Position numbers and translations under genes: made by a program. This document shows positions 41,920 through 52,029 of a stretch of 63,286 nt of DNA, piece after piece (the stretch's first letter is position 1; the number at the start of each line of letters is the position of its first letter). Location: contig JBFMHI010000001.1 in NCBI GenBank assembly GCA_040753085.1, positions 1 through 63,286 on the forward strand, read 5' to 3'. Source of the DNA: a bacterium (GTDB taxonomy: Bacteria; UBA9089; JASEGY01). The notes under the pieces were generated by a model, which ran no database searches, was not told where the DNA came from, and saw only the letters and a list, made by a program, of their open reading frames with translations.

Positions 41920-43734
41920 ATGAATAATCCCAAACCAATCTTAATCACCGATACTACTCTAAGAGAAGTCCATCAGGACCGGCGGGCTGTCAGGATAAGG
42001 CTGGAAGATATTCTCCCCATAGCTGAGGCCATAGATCAAGCTGGTTACCATTCAGTTGAGGTCTGGGGTGGAGCTAACTTTGAGATCGCTCTCAAATATC
42101 TGGGGGAGGATCCCTGGGAACGCTTGAAACAGCTCAGGAAGGTTATCAAATCTACCCCCCTTCAGATGCTGCTTGCCGGCCAAAATATAGTTGGAGATAG
42201 GCCTTATCCTGATGATGTCCTTAAGGCCTTTGTATCCAAATCGGTAGAAAACGGAATCAAGATATTTAGAATTGTTGATGCCCTGAATGATGTTAGGAAT
42301 ATGAAGATAGCCATAGCTACAGTTAAGAAAGAAGGGGGGAAAGTTCAGGGAAATATTTGCGGTGTGATTAGCCCGATTCACAACCTGGATTATTATCTTA
42401 ACTGTGCCGCCCGGCAAGTAGATTTAGGGATCGACTCTCTTTGTGTAAAAGACACTTCTGGTATCCTTACCCCTTATGCGGCTTATAACCTGGTGAAGGC
42501 ATTCAAAGAAAGGTTTAATATTCCTGTTCAGATGCGGTGTCATTCATCAAGAGGTTTAGCCACAGCGACTTATTTGAAGGCCATTGAAGCCGGTGTGGAT
42601 ATGATTGACGGGGCGGTCTCAGCAATGGCTATTTATACTGCCCTGCCGGCTGTTGAGACTATGGCGGCTGTCCTGGAAGACACCGGATATGCCCTGGCCA
42701 TTAACTTGCCCGTGGTTAAAAAGATATCAGATTATTTTGAAAAAGTAGTTAAGCCAGGACACCTGTTCGGACCAGAGTGGCTTATGATGGAGGCAGCCGG
42801 TATCACCTCTCAGATTCCCTGTGAAATGACGGCTGATTTAATCAGTCATTTAGAAGAGCAGCATGCCCTCTCCAGGTTAAAGGAAGTTCTGGTAGAGATT
42901 CCCCAGGTAAGAAAGGAAATGGGTTATCCCGCCCTTATTCCCCCTATCCATCAGATAATAGGTAATCAATCCCTCTTAAATGTCCTGACAGGTGAGAGAT
43001 ATAAGTTTGTTCCCAAAGAAGTCAAGGCTTATTTTAAGGGTTACTATGGAAGACCTCCTAAATTGGTAGATGAATGGGTTAGAAATAAGCTTCTGGGTGA
43101 ACAAGAACCTATCCGGGTTCGACCGGCCGAGACCCTTGAGCCGGCCATTCCTGAAGCCAAAAAGAAACTCCCCGCCCCCCTGATCGAAAAGGAGGAAGAT
43201 ATTATTACCTATTGTCTTTTCCCCAAAAACGCCCTTATGTTCTTTGAGTGGAGAAAAGACCCGGCGGGACATCCGTCCCCGGCAGAAGAAGTCCTTAAAG
43301 AAGAGCTTAGAGATAAGGAAACCCTCGAAGTTGAGGATATCATTCAGTTTGCTTATCAAGAGGGTCTATTGGAGCTTGAACTTACTGAAGGGAAAAAGAG
43401 AATCCGTATCAAAGGGGCTATATCTTTTCCTGAAGAAATACTTGCCCCTGTCACCAAAGAAGAAGCAAAAGAAGAATTTCCCCTGGCCCATCTTATTCCT
43501 GTTATCTCACCACTGGTTGGGACTTTTTATCGATCCCCTATCCCGGATCAACCACCCTTTGTGGAAGAAGGAGATATGATCAAGGAGGGAGATAGCCTAG
43601 GGATTATTGAGGCGATGAAGCTCTTTAACGAAATCAAATCAGAGGTTAGCGGTCGGGTAGTCAAAATCCTGGTCGAAAACGCTCAAACAGTAGAAGCCGG
43701 AGAGACCCTCTTCCTTATTGAACCGGAGGTGTAA
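41920..43734 (+). CDS. biotin-dependent carboxyltransferase + biotinyl carrier domain (pyruvate carboxylase subunit B / oxaloacetate decarboxylase alpha)
   Basis: ITDTTLREVHQ start, HMGL-like TIM barrel blocks, and a C-terminal lipoyl/biotinyl domain with IIEAMKLFNEI. Confidence 0.85.
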   Translation: MNNPKPILITDTTLREVHQDRRAVRIRLEDILPIAEAIDQAGYHSVEVWGGANFEIALKYLGEDPWERLKQLRKVIKSTPLQMLLAGQNIVGDRPYPDDVLKAFVSKSVENGIKIFRIVDALNDVRNMKIAIATVKKEGGKVQGNICGVISPIHNLDYYLNCAARQVDLGIDSLCVKDTSGILTPYAAYNLVKAFKERFNIPVQMRCHSSRGLATATYLKAIEAGVDMIDGAVSAMAIYTALPAVETMAAVLEDTGYALAINLPVVKKISDYFEKVVKPGHLFGPEWLMMEAAGITSQIPCEMTADLISHLEEQHALSRLKEVLVEIPQVRKEMGYPALIPPIHQIIGNQSLLNVLTGERYKFVPKEVKAYFKGYYGRPPKLVDEWVRNKLLGEQEPIRVRPAETLEPAIPEAKKKLPAPLIEKEEDIITYCLFPKNALMFFEWRKDPAGHPSPAEEVLKEELRDKETLEVEDIIQFAYQEGLLELELTEGKKRIRIKGAISFPEEILAPVTKEEAKEEFPLAHLIPVISPLVGTFYRSPIPDQPPFVEEGDMIKEGDSLGIIEAMKLFNEIKSEVSGRVVKILVENAQTVEAGETLFLIEPEV

Positions 43735-43738
43735 TTAG

Positions 43739-43878
43739 CCACTAAGCGCCTATCCCCAAAACCTCGGCCCGATGAAAGCCGATAAAGGAGGCAGCTACAA
43801 CTGCCGAGGGATAGAAGGCGCCAGTGGTCGCTCTCTAATGGTTGCGACTCGGATCGGTTTTGGGATAGGCTCTAAGTA
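43739..43878. repeat. family B inverted-repeat element
   Basis: CACTAAGCGCCTATCCCCAAAACC and GGTTTTGGGATAGGCTCTAAGTAG. It lies between the carboxyltransferase stop and the next start. Confidence 0.65.
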
Positions 43879-43895
43879 GTGAGGGGTATTTTGAA

Positions 43896-44561
43896 ATGAG
43901 ATGTGTCAGTTGCCATCAGAAAAAAGCTAAGCGATCCTGCCCTGCCCTGGGAGGGATGATCTGCCCCCAGTGCTGCGGAAACAAGAGAAATACAGAGATC
44001 AAATGCACCGGCGACTGTGCGTATTTACCGAAAGCTGAAAACTATCACGCTCAGAAAAAGGAGCTAAAGGAACTTAAGGATAGGGCCCGCCAAATCAAAC
44101 CACCTGAAGAGACCGAGTTTTCTGAAGAGCGAAGGATGATTATGTTGAGGTGCACCGCGGTCATCTTTGACTTTTATGAAGAAACTCCGAAATTGGTGGA
44201 TAAGGATGTCCAGGAGGCCCTGGAGCTGCTGGTAAAAAACTGCCGCACCAGGGGGGCAGGACTCATTTATGCCCAAAGGGCCGACCGGCCTATGGTAAAC
44301 GCACTTATCTCTGAAATAGAAGAGGTAATAGACCACTTAGTCAATAAGGAAAAGACAAAGATGGATGATATTATTTACACTCTGGAGAGGTTAGTTGATA
44401 TGGTCATTATCTCTCGAAGCCGTGGGGAAAGTGATCGATATTACTTATACCTCCTCCGGGGGATGTTTCAGAATATGCCCTATCCTTATGAGTATGAGGA
44501 TGAAGAAGATAGCCCGATAGTAGACCCCCGGATTATCGGGAGAAAGCAAAGAGGCCGCTGA
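43896..44561 (+). CDS. hypothetical protein with an N-terminal Cys-rich zinc-finger-like segment
   Basis: MRCVSCHQKKAKRSCPALGGMICPQCCGNKRNTEIKCTGDCAY. The rest is helical with no recognised family. Confidence 0.5.
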   Translation: MRCVSCHQKKAKRSCPALGGMICPQCCGNKRNTEIKCTGDCAYLPKAENYHAQKKELKELKDRARQIKPPEETEFSEERRMIMLRCTAVIFDFYEETPKLVDKDVQEALELLVKNCRTRGAGLIYAQRADRPMVNALISEIEEVIDHLVNKEKTKMDDIIYTLERLVDMVIISRSRGESDRYYLYLLRGMFQNMPYPYEYEDEEDSPIVDPRIIGRKQRGR

Positions 44562-44604
44562 TTATAACCCCATCCTAATTGAGGGGGGAGAGGGAAGAGT
44601 TGAC

Positions 44605-45327
44605 TTGAGTGGACTTTTTATCACCGGAACTGATACCGGGGTAGGAAAAACTGTTGTGGCGGCCGGCCTGACCAGGGCCTACCGAGATATGGGACATCGG
44701 GTGGGGGTGATGAAACCTGTTTCAAGCGGGGCGATAAAGACACCAACCAGTGGCCTGGAGTGCCGGGATACCCGGCTGCTGATAGAGGCAAGTGGAATAC
44801 AGGAAGAAGTCAGCCTCATTAATCCCTATTGTTTTGAAGAAGCCCTGGCCCCGGCGGCGGCTGCCTCTTTAGCTAAAATAGAGATAGAGGTTGGCAAAAT
44901 CCTGGAGGCATATCATCTTTTAGCCCAAGGCTATGATCCGATGATCGTAGAGGGTGTGGGTGGGCTTCTTGTCCCTATTCGAAAAGACTACCTGGTTATC
45001 GACCTTGTCCGCGATCTTAACCTGCCCCTCCTGGTTGTAGCCAGACCTGGGCTGGGGACCATAAATCATACCTGCTTGACCGTCAAATACGCCCTTAAAG
45101 AGGGAATTAGAGTAGTGGGGATAATAATAAACGGTTTAAAAAAGGCCGGTCTGGCTGAAAAGACCAGCCCAGCTTTAATAGAGGAGATAACCGGCGTCCC
45201 TATCCTGGGCATCCTCCCTTATCTTTCTGACCTGACTGTTTCTACGGTGGCCGCCCTTCTAAAGAAAACCATATCGTCTCTACCCGTGATAACTCCTCAG
45301 GCAGATAGGCTGAAGGCTGAAGGCTGA
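44605..45327 (+). CDS. bioD: dethiobiotin synthase
   Basis: LFITGTDTGVGKTVVAAGL P-loop and EGVGGLLVP. TTG start. The last residues are encoded by the GGCTGAAGG repeat. Confidence 0.85.
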   Translation: MSGLFITGTDTGVGKTVVAAGLTRAYRDMGHRVGVMKPVSSGAIKTPTSGLECRDTRLLIEASGIQEEVSLINPYCFEEALAPAAAASLAKIEIEVGKILEAYHLLAQGYDPMIVEGVGGLLVPIRKDYLVIDLVRDLNLPLLVVARPGLGTINHTCLTVKYALKEGIRVVGIIINGLKKAGLAEKTSPALIEEITGVPILGILPYLSDLTVSTVAALLKKTISSLPVITPQADRLKAEG

Positions 45328-46424
45328 AGTTCAATAGCCTTCAGCCTATTTTTAATGGCTTGAATAAACCGCTCATTTTCTTCCGGTCGGCCAATGGTGA
45401 CCCTGAGATGGGTGGTTAGGCCGTAGCCGCCCATCGGTCGAACTACCACACCTTCAGCCAGTAATCTCTCAAAAACCCTTCTACCATCCTGCCCTACATC
45501 TACCAGAATGAAATTGGCTACCGAGTGAACAAAGGCTAGGCCCAGTCTCTTTAGTTCCTGAGTCAGATAGACATATCCCTCCTGATTGAGTCTTCGACAT
45601 TGCTTTGCATATTCTTCATCGTCTAAGGCAGCTACGGCTGCCTTCTGGGCCAGGGAATTGACATTAAAAGGCGGTCTAACCCGATTGATGGCTGAAATAA
45701 CCTCTGGTCTCCCTATCCCATACCCTATCCTTAACCCAGCCAGACCATATATCTTGGAAAAGGTCCTCAGGATAAGGATGTTCTCTCTCTCCTTTAGAAG
45801 TTCTAAACTTTTGGGGAAGTCTTCTCGGTCAATGTATTCGTAGTAGGCTTCATCAAAGACGACCAGGACTGATGAGGGGATCCGGGACAGAAAGTGACCT
45901 ACTGCTTGTTGAGTCACCATAGTGCCGGTGGGATTGTTAGGGTTGGCGATGAAGACAAGTTTGGTCTTAGGTGTAACGGCTTCGGCCATAGCCGGCAGGT
46001 CGTGAGTAAATTCCCTCAGCTTGACCGAGATACATTCTCCCCCTACCATAGCCACATTCTGGGCATAACGGATGAAGGCCGGCTCACCAACTACCGCCTC
46101 GTCACCCGGATTAAGATAAGTCAAGGCAAGCAGCCCCCCAATTTCATCCGAACCATTGCCCAGGATAATCCAATCAGGGTCTACGCCCAGTTTAGCCGAA
46201 AGGGCCTCTTTGAGGTAAAAACCTCCCCCATCAGGATAGCGGTTGACTTCAGCCAAAGAACCCTTTAAAGCCGCTAAGGCCTTAGGTGACGGCCCCCAGG
46301 GATTTTCATTAGAGGCAAGTTTGACCACATCAGTTAGCCCCAGTTCCCGGGCCACCTCGCTGACAGGTTTCCCCGGTTCGTAAGGCTGAACCTTGAGGAT
46401 ATTTGGTCTGGCTTTAAGCAACAT
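45297..46424 (-). CDS. hisC: histidinol-phosphate/aromatic aminotransferase
   Basis: SNENPWGPSP, YPDGGG, NPNNPTG and TFSKIYGLAGLRIGY blocks. The C-terminal tail is encoded by the opposite strand of the same repeat as the bioD tail. Confidence 0.85.
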   Translation of the reverse strand: MLLKARPNILKVQPYEPGKPVSEVARELGLTDVVKLASNENPWGPSPKALAALKGSLAEVNRYPDGGGFYLKEALSAKLGVDPDWIILGNGSDEIGGLLALTYLNPGDEAVVGEPAFIRYAQNVAMVGGECISVKLREFTHDLPAMAEAVTPKTKLVFIANPNNPTGTMVTQQAVGHFLSRIPSSVLVVFDEAYYEYIDREDFPKSLELLKERENILILRTFSKIYGLAGLRIGYGIGRPEVISAINRVRPPFNVNSLAQKAAVAALDDEEYAKQCRRLNQEGYVYLTQELKRLGLAFVHSVANFILVDVGQDGRRVFERLLAEGVVVRPMGGYGLTTHLRVTIGRPEENERFIQAIKNRLKAIELQPSAFSLSA

Positions 46425-47493
46425 CAGGCATCGACTCCCTGGGATAAGATCCCAGCACCTTCAAGAAAAGACATTCTTCCTTGAGCTTATTCAAGGCCTT
46501 TTTTACCTTGTCCTCCTCCACATGTCCCTGAAAATCCAAGAAAAAAATATATTCCCAGAGCTGTCTTCGTGAGGGACGGGACTCGATCTTGGTCAGATTG
46601 ATATCCAACTCGGCAAAAGGCTGGGTAATCCGATATAGAGCGCCAGGCCTGTCGGTAATCGAGAAGAGAATGGAGGTCTTGTCATCACCAGTAACTGGAT
46701 TGGGTTGATTTCCAAGAACCAGGAAACGGGTGTAATTCCCGGCCTTATCCTCGATATGCCGGGCCAGGATTTTAAGATCGTAAAGCTCGGCCGCTAAGGC
46801 CGAAGCAATAGCCCCGCTTTCGGAGTTTTCCTTAGCCAGCTTAGCCGCGGCCGTAGTACTGGAGGTTTCGATATATTCCACCCCCGGCAGGTTTTCCCTT
46901 AGCCAGGCTCGACTCTGCGCCAGGGGTTGGGGGTGGGAATAAAGCACCTTTATTTTCTTAAGCTCACAATTAGCCACTAAATTGAGCGAAATAGCCAGGA
47001 GAAGTTCAGCACATATATTCAACCTGGAATCTATTAACGTATCCAGGGTATAAGCCACTGAACCTTCAATAGAATTTTCGATGGGCACAACCCCGTAATC
47101 AGCTTCTCCTCGCTCGACCTCTCTGGCTACTTCAGGGATGCTCTGTTTAGGGATAAGATCAACCCCGGCGCCGAATTCCTTCCTGGCCGCCAGATGGCTA
47201 AAAGTTGCCTCCGGCCCCAAATAGGCCACCCGAACTCTTTTTGACTGAAGTCCTCTGGTCCCGGAGATAATCTCCCGATAAATGGCCACAATATTGTCTT
47301 CGGAAAGATGTCCGGCATTCAACCGCTTAATTCGTTCTAAAACAGCCCTCTCCCGGTCGGGTTGATAGATCGGTAGTTCCTCCTGCCGCTTGATTTGACT
47401 TATCTCTAAGGCTGCCTCCGCCCGTTTATTTAATAGCTCAATAATTTGGGCGTCAATATCATCGATCTTTGAACGTAATTCTGAAAGACTCAT
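46414..47493 (-). CDS. pheA: bifunctional chorismate mutase / prephenate dehydratase
   Basis: N-terminal LRSKIDDIDAQIIELLNKRA (CM type 2), the PDT domain with TRFLVLG, and the ACT domain ESRPS. Confidence 0.9.
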   Translation of the reverse strand: MSLSELRSKIDDIDAQIIELLNKRAEAALEISQIKRQEELPIYQPDRERAVLERIKRLNAGHLSEDNIVAIYREIISGTRGLQSKRVRVAYLGPEATFSHLAARKEFGAGVDLIPKQSIPEVAREVERGEADYGVVPIENSIEGSVAYTLDTLIDSRLNICAELLLAISLNLVANCELKKIKVLYSHPQPLAQSRAWLRENLPGVEYIETSSTTAAAKLAKENSESGAIASALAAELYDLKILARHIEDKAGNYTRFLVLGNQPNPVTGDDKTSILFSITDRPGALYRITQPFAELDINLTKIESRPSRRQLWEYIFFLDFQGHVEEDKVKKALNKLKEECLFLKVLGSYPRESMPDVA

Positions 47494-47554
47494 CCGTCAC
47501 TCCTTAATCCGCCTTCAGCCTTCAGCCTTCAGCCTATCTACCTGAGTAGTTACT

Positions 47555-48352
47555 CTATCCTTTTATTCGTATTCCAGGTTTATGGTATCCGCTTCTGACC
47601 GTAGTATTGGGGTAAACCAGAGACCTTGGGCCAAGGATAGTGCCCGGACTGGTAACCGAATTACAACCGGTTTCGACCCTATCCCCCAGGATAGCCCCAA
47701 ATTTTCTCAGGCCGGTATCATATTTTTTCCCTTCAATCTTTAGGGATACGGAGGAAGCAATAATCTTCAAATTGGCCAGTTTGGTTCCTGCTCCCAGGTT
47801 TACCTCGTTGCCAAGGATACTGTCGCCGATATAGGCAAAATGTCCAGCCTTGGCGCCATCCAGCATAATCCCTGTCTTGATTTCCGTGGTGTGACCCACC
47901 ACACAACGATCTCCAATCAGACAATCACCCCGAATATAGGCGCCCTGCCTGACTTCTGTGCCGCCGCCAATAATAGTCGGCCCTTTTATCAATGCCCCCG
48001 GCTCAATTACCGTTCCTTCTCCGATATATATTTGATCATCAAAGAGGCTGACTCCCGCGTAAATAACGGCCGCCCCAACTAGGACCTCTCCTCGATAAAT
48101 TACCTTGAATTTTCCTTTGGCGGGGTCTCCCATCTCCAACTCATATCCTTCATCCAGGACTTGGTCCTGGTAAAGGACGACTGTTCTAAGCAGCACATCG
48201 CCTCTATTTCTTATCTTGCTTACATTAGGCTCGATCACTTCTCTGATATATGGCTTGATCCTCTTCAGGCTTTCCCAGACGGGCTTATCTTCTTCGAAGA
48301 AAGGCCGATGCTTAAACTTAGACAAATCAAAAAAATCTTTGGGCGGCAACAT
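47555..48352 (-). CDS. left-handed beta-helix (hexapeptide-repeat) transferase, GlmU C-terminal-like
   Basis: Repeated [LIV]G..... hexapeptides (IGEGTVIEPGALIKGPTIIGGGTEVRQGAYIRG...). Confidence 0.6.
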   Translation of the reverse strand: MLPPKDFFDLSKFKHRPFFEEDKPVWESLKRIKPYIREVIEPNVSKIRNRGDVLLRTVVLYQDQVLDEGYELEMGDPAKGKFKVIYRGEVLVGAAVIYAGVSLFDDQIYIGEGTVIEPGALIKGPTIIGGGTEVRQGAYIRGDCLIGDRCVVGHTTEIKTGIMLDGAKAGHFAYIGDSILGNEVNLGAGTKLANLKIIASSVSLKIEGKKYDTGLRKFGAILGDRVETGCNSVTSPGTILGPRSLVYPNTTVRSGYHKPGIRIKG

Positions 48353-48460
48353 CTTATTTTACTTCCTCCTCCTGAATAAGCCAGTTTCTGAGCAAAAAAC
48401 CGGCCTTGGCCATCGTTTCGGCTACTCTCTAAGACGGTCCACTGTTAATAACTGGCGAGG

Positions 48461-48541
48461 GACTGTAGACTCTGTGGACGGTATGGACTGGGTGGACAGT
48501 GGACCCTCGGGACAGTATGGACTGGTTGGACCGTGGACTCT
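48461..48541. repeat. intergenic copy of the GTGGAC 9-mer repeat family
   Basis: CTGTAGACT CTGTGGACG GTATGGACT GGGTGGACA GTGGACCCT ... with a 9-nt period, outside any CDS. Confidence 0.75.
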
Positions 48542-48571
48542 ATTCTGACTGGCCGAAACAGTGACCATCGC

Positions 48572-49441
48572 CTATTTATCCATATCCCTATGTTTAACAA
48601 TCAAATTGGCCTTCAGACCCTGCTGTTGAATGAACTCCCCCAACATCTCGGTGATGGTAATAGACCTATGCTTGCCTCCGGTGCAGCCGATGGCTATCGT
48701 CAGATAAGTCTTGCCCTCGGCCATATACTGGGGGACAAGGAATCCCATCAACTCGAAAAATATCTTGAGGAAGTTTTTTGTTACCGGCCACTGCATAACG
48801 TAGTCAATAACCGGTTTATCTTGCCCGGTCAAGGGTTGAAGTTCTTCTATATAATGCGGATTGGGCAGAAAGCGGACATCGAAGAGGAGGTCAGTATCCA
48901 TAGGCGCCCCGTATTTATAACCAAAAGAGGTGAGAATTATGGTCATTTCCCTCGGTTTGGCCAGGGTAAGGAAGGCCTCCTTCAGTTTCTCCCGCAAATC
49001 ACCCGGCGTAAGATACGAGGTGTCCACCACCAGATCGGCTCTCTCTTTAAGTGGGCTTAAGGCCTTCCTTTCAGTCTGGATATATTCATCCAGAGAACGG
49101 CTTATACCTAAAGGATGCCTCCGCCTGCTTTCCTTGAAACGGCGACTTAAAACACCATCCAGGGCCTCAAGGAAAAGGATCTTGTATTCGATTCCTTTTT
49201 GAGAAATATTACTTAAGGCATCAAATAGATTGGTCAGGAATTCTCCTTCTCTAATGTCAATGACTAAAGCCACGTCTTTTATCGGGGTCTTCGATCGACT
49301 GCACAGTTCAGCAAAAAGGGGAATTAGGGTAGTCGGGAGATTATCGACACAGAAGAATCCTCTGTCCTCAAAGAAATCAGCCGCCTGGGTTTTTCCGGCG
49401 CCAGACAGACCAGTGATAATAATAAACCGGCTGTTACTCAT
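48572..49441 (-). CDS. rapZ: RNase adapter protein RapZ (YvcJ-type P-loop NTPase)
   Basis: FIIITGLSGAGKTQAADFFEDRGFFCVDNLP and CTGGKHRS. The start at 49441 overlaps the hprK stop. Confidence 0.88.
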   Translation of the reverse strand: MSNSRFIIITGLSGAGKTQAADFFEDRGFFCVDNLPTTLIPLFAELCSRSKTPIKDVALVIDIREGEFLTNLFDALSNISQKGIEYKILFLEALDGVLSRRFKESRRRHPLGISRSLDEYIQTERKALSPLKERADLVVDTSYLTPGDLREKLKEAFLTLAKPREMTIILTSFGYKYGAPMDTDLLFDVRFLPNPHYIEELQPLTGQDKPVIDYVMQWPVTKNFLKIFFELMGFLVPQYMAEGKTYLTIAIGCTGGKHRSITITEMLGEFIQQQGLKANLIVKHRDMDK

Positions 49442-50384
49442 TTTCACCCTTATCTTGCCTTGTTGTTTCCATCCAGTCAAGCAACTTCTGATTAAACTCC
49501 TCAGCCGAATGGTACCCCATATCCTTCAGTCTCTGGTTCATAACCCCAACTTCAATAAGGATAGCGATATTTCTGCCGGGCCTAATCGGAATAATAAGAT
49601 GAGGCACTTTTACGCCTAAAAGGGTATGGGCCTTATCCCCCAGACCCAGTCGGTCATACTCATCCTTCTTCCATTCTTCCAGGTTGATCACCAGTTCGAC
49701 CTCTTTTTTTTCACATATAGCCGAAACGCCAAAAAGTTCTTTTATATTTATCACCCCAAGACCTCTTATTTCCATATGGTACTTAATAAGCTCCGCTCCG
49801 GTCCCGATCAGTTTATTCCCCAGCCGTTTAATTTCAACTATATCATCGGCAATAAGCCGATGTCCCCGCTCTATCAACTCCAGGGCGCATTCACTTTTAC
49901 CCACTCCGCTTCGTCCGACTATTAAAACCCCCATACCAAAGACATCAACCAGAGAAGCATGGATACTGGTCTCAGGGGCAAACTTATCCTCCAAATAGAA
50001 GGTAAGCTGGGTAATAAGCATAACTGTTCTTAAGGGGGTCTTGAGGATAGGGATCTGGTGGGTTTCAGCTAAGGCCACCAGTTCAGGGGGGATTCCCTGC
50101 CCCCAGGTAACAATGAAGCAGGGGATTTCATGCATAAAGAGATTCTTTAAGTTTCCAAGCCGCTGGGTGGGGGTAAGGTGGTTCAGGTAGGATATCTCAA
50201 GTTTTCCAAGAACTTGAATCTTCCGATAAGTAAAATGTTCCATATATCCGGTCAGTGCTAAACCTGGGCGGTTAAGAGTTGAAGCGGATATTCTTTTATT
50301 AAGACCACTTTCACCGGCGGCCACTTCAAGCCGAAGCCGATCGCCGTATTCTTCCAGGACTCGCTTGATGGATATACTTGGCAT
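49434..50384 (-). CDS. hprK: HPr kinase/phosphorylase
   Basis: HASLVDVFGMGVLIVGRSGVGKSECALELI...LIADD...EIRGLG. Confidence 0.9.
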   Translation of the reverse strand: MPSISIKRVLEEYGDRLRLEVAAGESGLNKRISASTLNRPGLALTGYMEHFTYRKIQVLGKLEISYLNHLTPTQRLGNLKNLFMHEIPCFIVTWGQGIPPELVALAETHQIPILKTPLRTVMLITQLTFYLEDKFAPETSIHASLVDVFGMGVLIVGRSGVGKSECALELIERGHRLIADDIVEIKRLGNKLIGTGAELIKYHMEIRGLGVINIKELFGVSAICEKKEVELVINLEEWKKDEYDRLGLGDKAHTLLGVKVPHLIIPIRPGRNIAILIEVGVMNQRLKDMGYHSAEEFNQKLLDWMETTRQDKGENE

Positions 50385-50394
50385 CTGTCTACTT

Positions 50395-50862
50395 TTAGAG
50401 GTGCTTAGCTTCTTCTTTCTTGATAAGACTTAACACTTCTTCCGAAGTTTCAGCTTTTCGTAAAAGTTCACGGAAATAATTATGCTTTAGCAGACGGGAG
50501 ATTCGAGCTAAGGCCTTTATATGAAAACCAGAGGCCTCATCAGCAGGACTTAGTAGAAGGAAAAAAATATAAGCCGGCTCCCCATCAAGGGATTGAAAAT
50601 CAATGCCCTCTTTGGAACAGCCAAAGGCAGAAATAAGTTCCTTTACGGCATCAGCCTTGGCGTGAGGGATGGCTACTCCATGCCCAATGCCGGTACTCAT
50701 CAACTCTTCACGTTTCATAATAGCCGAGAGGGCACTTTCCCTATCTGAAATCTTCTTAGCTTCAACTAAAAGATCTATTAATTCAGCCAAAACTCCTTCT
50801 TTATCTTTGGCAGAAAGATTTAATTTAATAGATTTTTTATCTAGAATATCTAAAAGTGTCAT
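50395..50862 (-). CDS. ptsN: PTS EIIA-Ntr (nitrogen regulatory IIA)
   Basis: TGIGHGVAIPHAK active-site His block. Lies in the hpf-ptsN-hprK-rapZ context. Confidence 0.85.
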   Translation of the reverse strand: MTLLDILDKKSIKLNLSAKDKEGVLAELIDLLVEAKKISDRESALSAIMKREELMSTGIGHGVAIPHAKADAVKELISAFGCSKEGIDFQSLDGEPAYIFFLLLSPADEASGFHIKALARISRLLKHNYFRELLRKAETSEEVLSLIKKEEAKHL

Positions 50863-50990
50863 AACTATTTCTCCTCCTAATTAGTCAGAATTCGGTGATG
50901 TTCATTGTGTTTCAGCCTTAAAAGCCTTCTACCTTCAGTCTATCCACTTGATCGGTAAATGGCCCCAATGATGAACCAGGCCGAATTCTG

Positions 50991-51536
50991 TTATACAGAC
51001 GGCTCAATTAAACCGTAATTACCATCCCGCCTGTGATAAATTACATTCACTTCTTCAGTTTCGGCATTAGTGAAGACCATGAAGTCATTCTTGGTCAGAC
51101 TTAATTGTAAGATAGCTTCTTCCAGAGACATAGGTTTAACCGGATGGCGTTGAGTCTTTATAACCTTAAGCTCTGATTGATCCTCCCCTCCTGAAAGAAT
51201 CTTCATCTCTATATTCTCTTCCCAGGGTGAAGACTTACCCTTATGCCCCTTAGTCTTCTCTTTATATCTTTTAAGCTGGTTTTCTATCTTGTCTAATACC
51301 TGATCGATAGAAGCATACATATCCGCCGTTACTTCTTCTCCCCTAAAGACAAGTCCGTTGGCGTTAATGGTTACTTCTACCTTGTGCCTGTTTTTTTCCA
51401 CGGAGAGACTTACATGAACGTCAGCTCCTTTTTTTAAATACTTCTCCACCCGTGAAAATTTTTTCTCCACGTAATCATTTAAGGGTGGAGTAACCTCCAT
51501 CCGTCTGCCAGTAATGGTAAGCTGCAAAAACATCAA
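50991..51536 (-). CDS. hpf: ribosome hibernation promoting factor (long form)
   Basis: LTITGRRMEVTPPLNDYVEKKFSRVEKY and the C-terminal dimerisation domain VIYHRRDGNYGLIE. Confidence 0.88.
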   Translation of the reverse strand: MMFLQLTITGRRMEVTPPLNDYVEKKFSRVEKYLKKGADVHVSLSVEKNRHKVEVTINANGLVFRGEEVTADMYASIDQVLDKIENQLKRYKEKTKGHKGKSSPWEENIEMKILSGGEDQSELKVIKTQRHPVKPMSLEEAILQLSLTKNDFMVFTNAETEEVNVIYHRRDGNYGLIEPSV

Positions 51537-51728
51537 CTCCTTTATTTACTGGTAGTAACTATACTCCTCAGGCGCCAGGACACCTTAGTCGTTCTTCATG
51601 TCCGTAACGAGCCGAAACAAAGGGAAGCTCAGACACGGATAACGCTCACGGAGGACGATGGGGTGTCTTTAGGGCGGAATAGTTACCATCAAAAGATACG
51701 GCTTAATGCCTAAAAGAAATCTTGGCGA

Positions 51729-51850
51729 TGTTCATCGTTTCGGCCATTTTTCGCCGCCCTCTGGTAGTCTGGTGTCTGGTAGGCGGGACACCAGGCTACC
51801 AGACAGCCGGTGGCCAGAGGGCTCTTCGTAAATGGCCGAAACGATGAACA
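51729..51850. repeat. inverted-repeat element with 21-bp perfect arms and an ACCAGAC-type interior
   Basis: TGTTCATCGTTTCGGCCATTT (51729-51749) pairs with AAATGGCCGAAACGATGAACA (51830-51850). A half copy lies at about 38140-38195. Confidence 0.7.
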
Positions 51851-51940
51851 AGACCAAAATCGTAAAAAAGTTTATCACAGTTTTTTTTACTTGTCAACCT
51901 CTTTTTCCGACCAAGCCAGATAGCTCGATTATTTTTTTGG

Positions 51941-51969
51941 TTTACAAATTGACCAAGATGTGGTATACT
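51941..51969 (+). promoter_or_regulatory. sigma70-type promoter TTTACA-N17-TATACT with TG extension
   Basis: TTTACA at 51941-51946 and TGgTATACT at 51961-51969. It is separated from lpxC/fabZ by two MITEs. Confidence 0.4.
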
Positions 51970-52029
51970 ATTTTTTTAATTGAAATTCGTAACTACTCAG
52001 CCCTCATTGGGAACACAGATAAAAAATAA

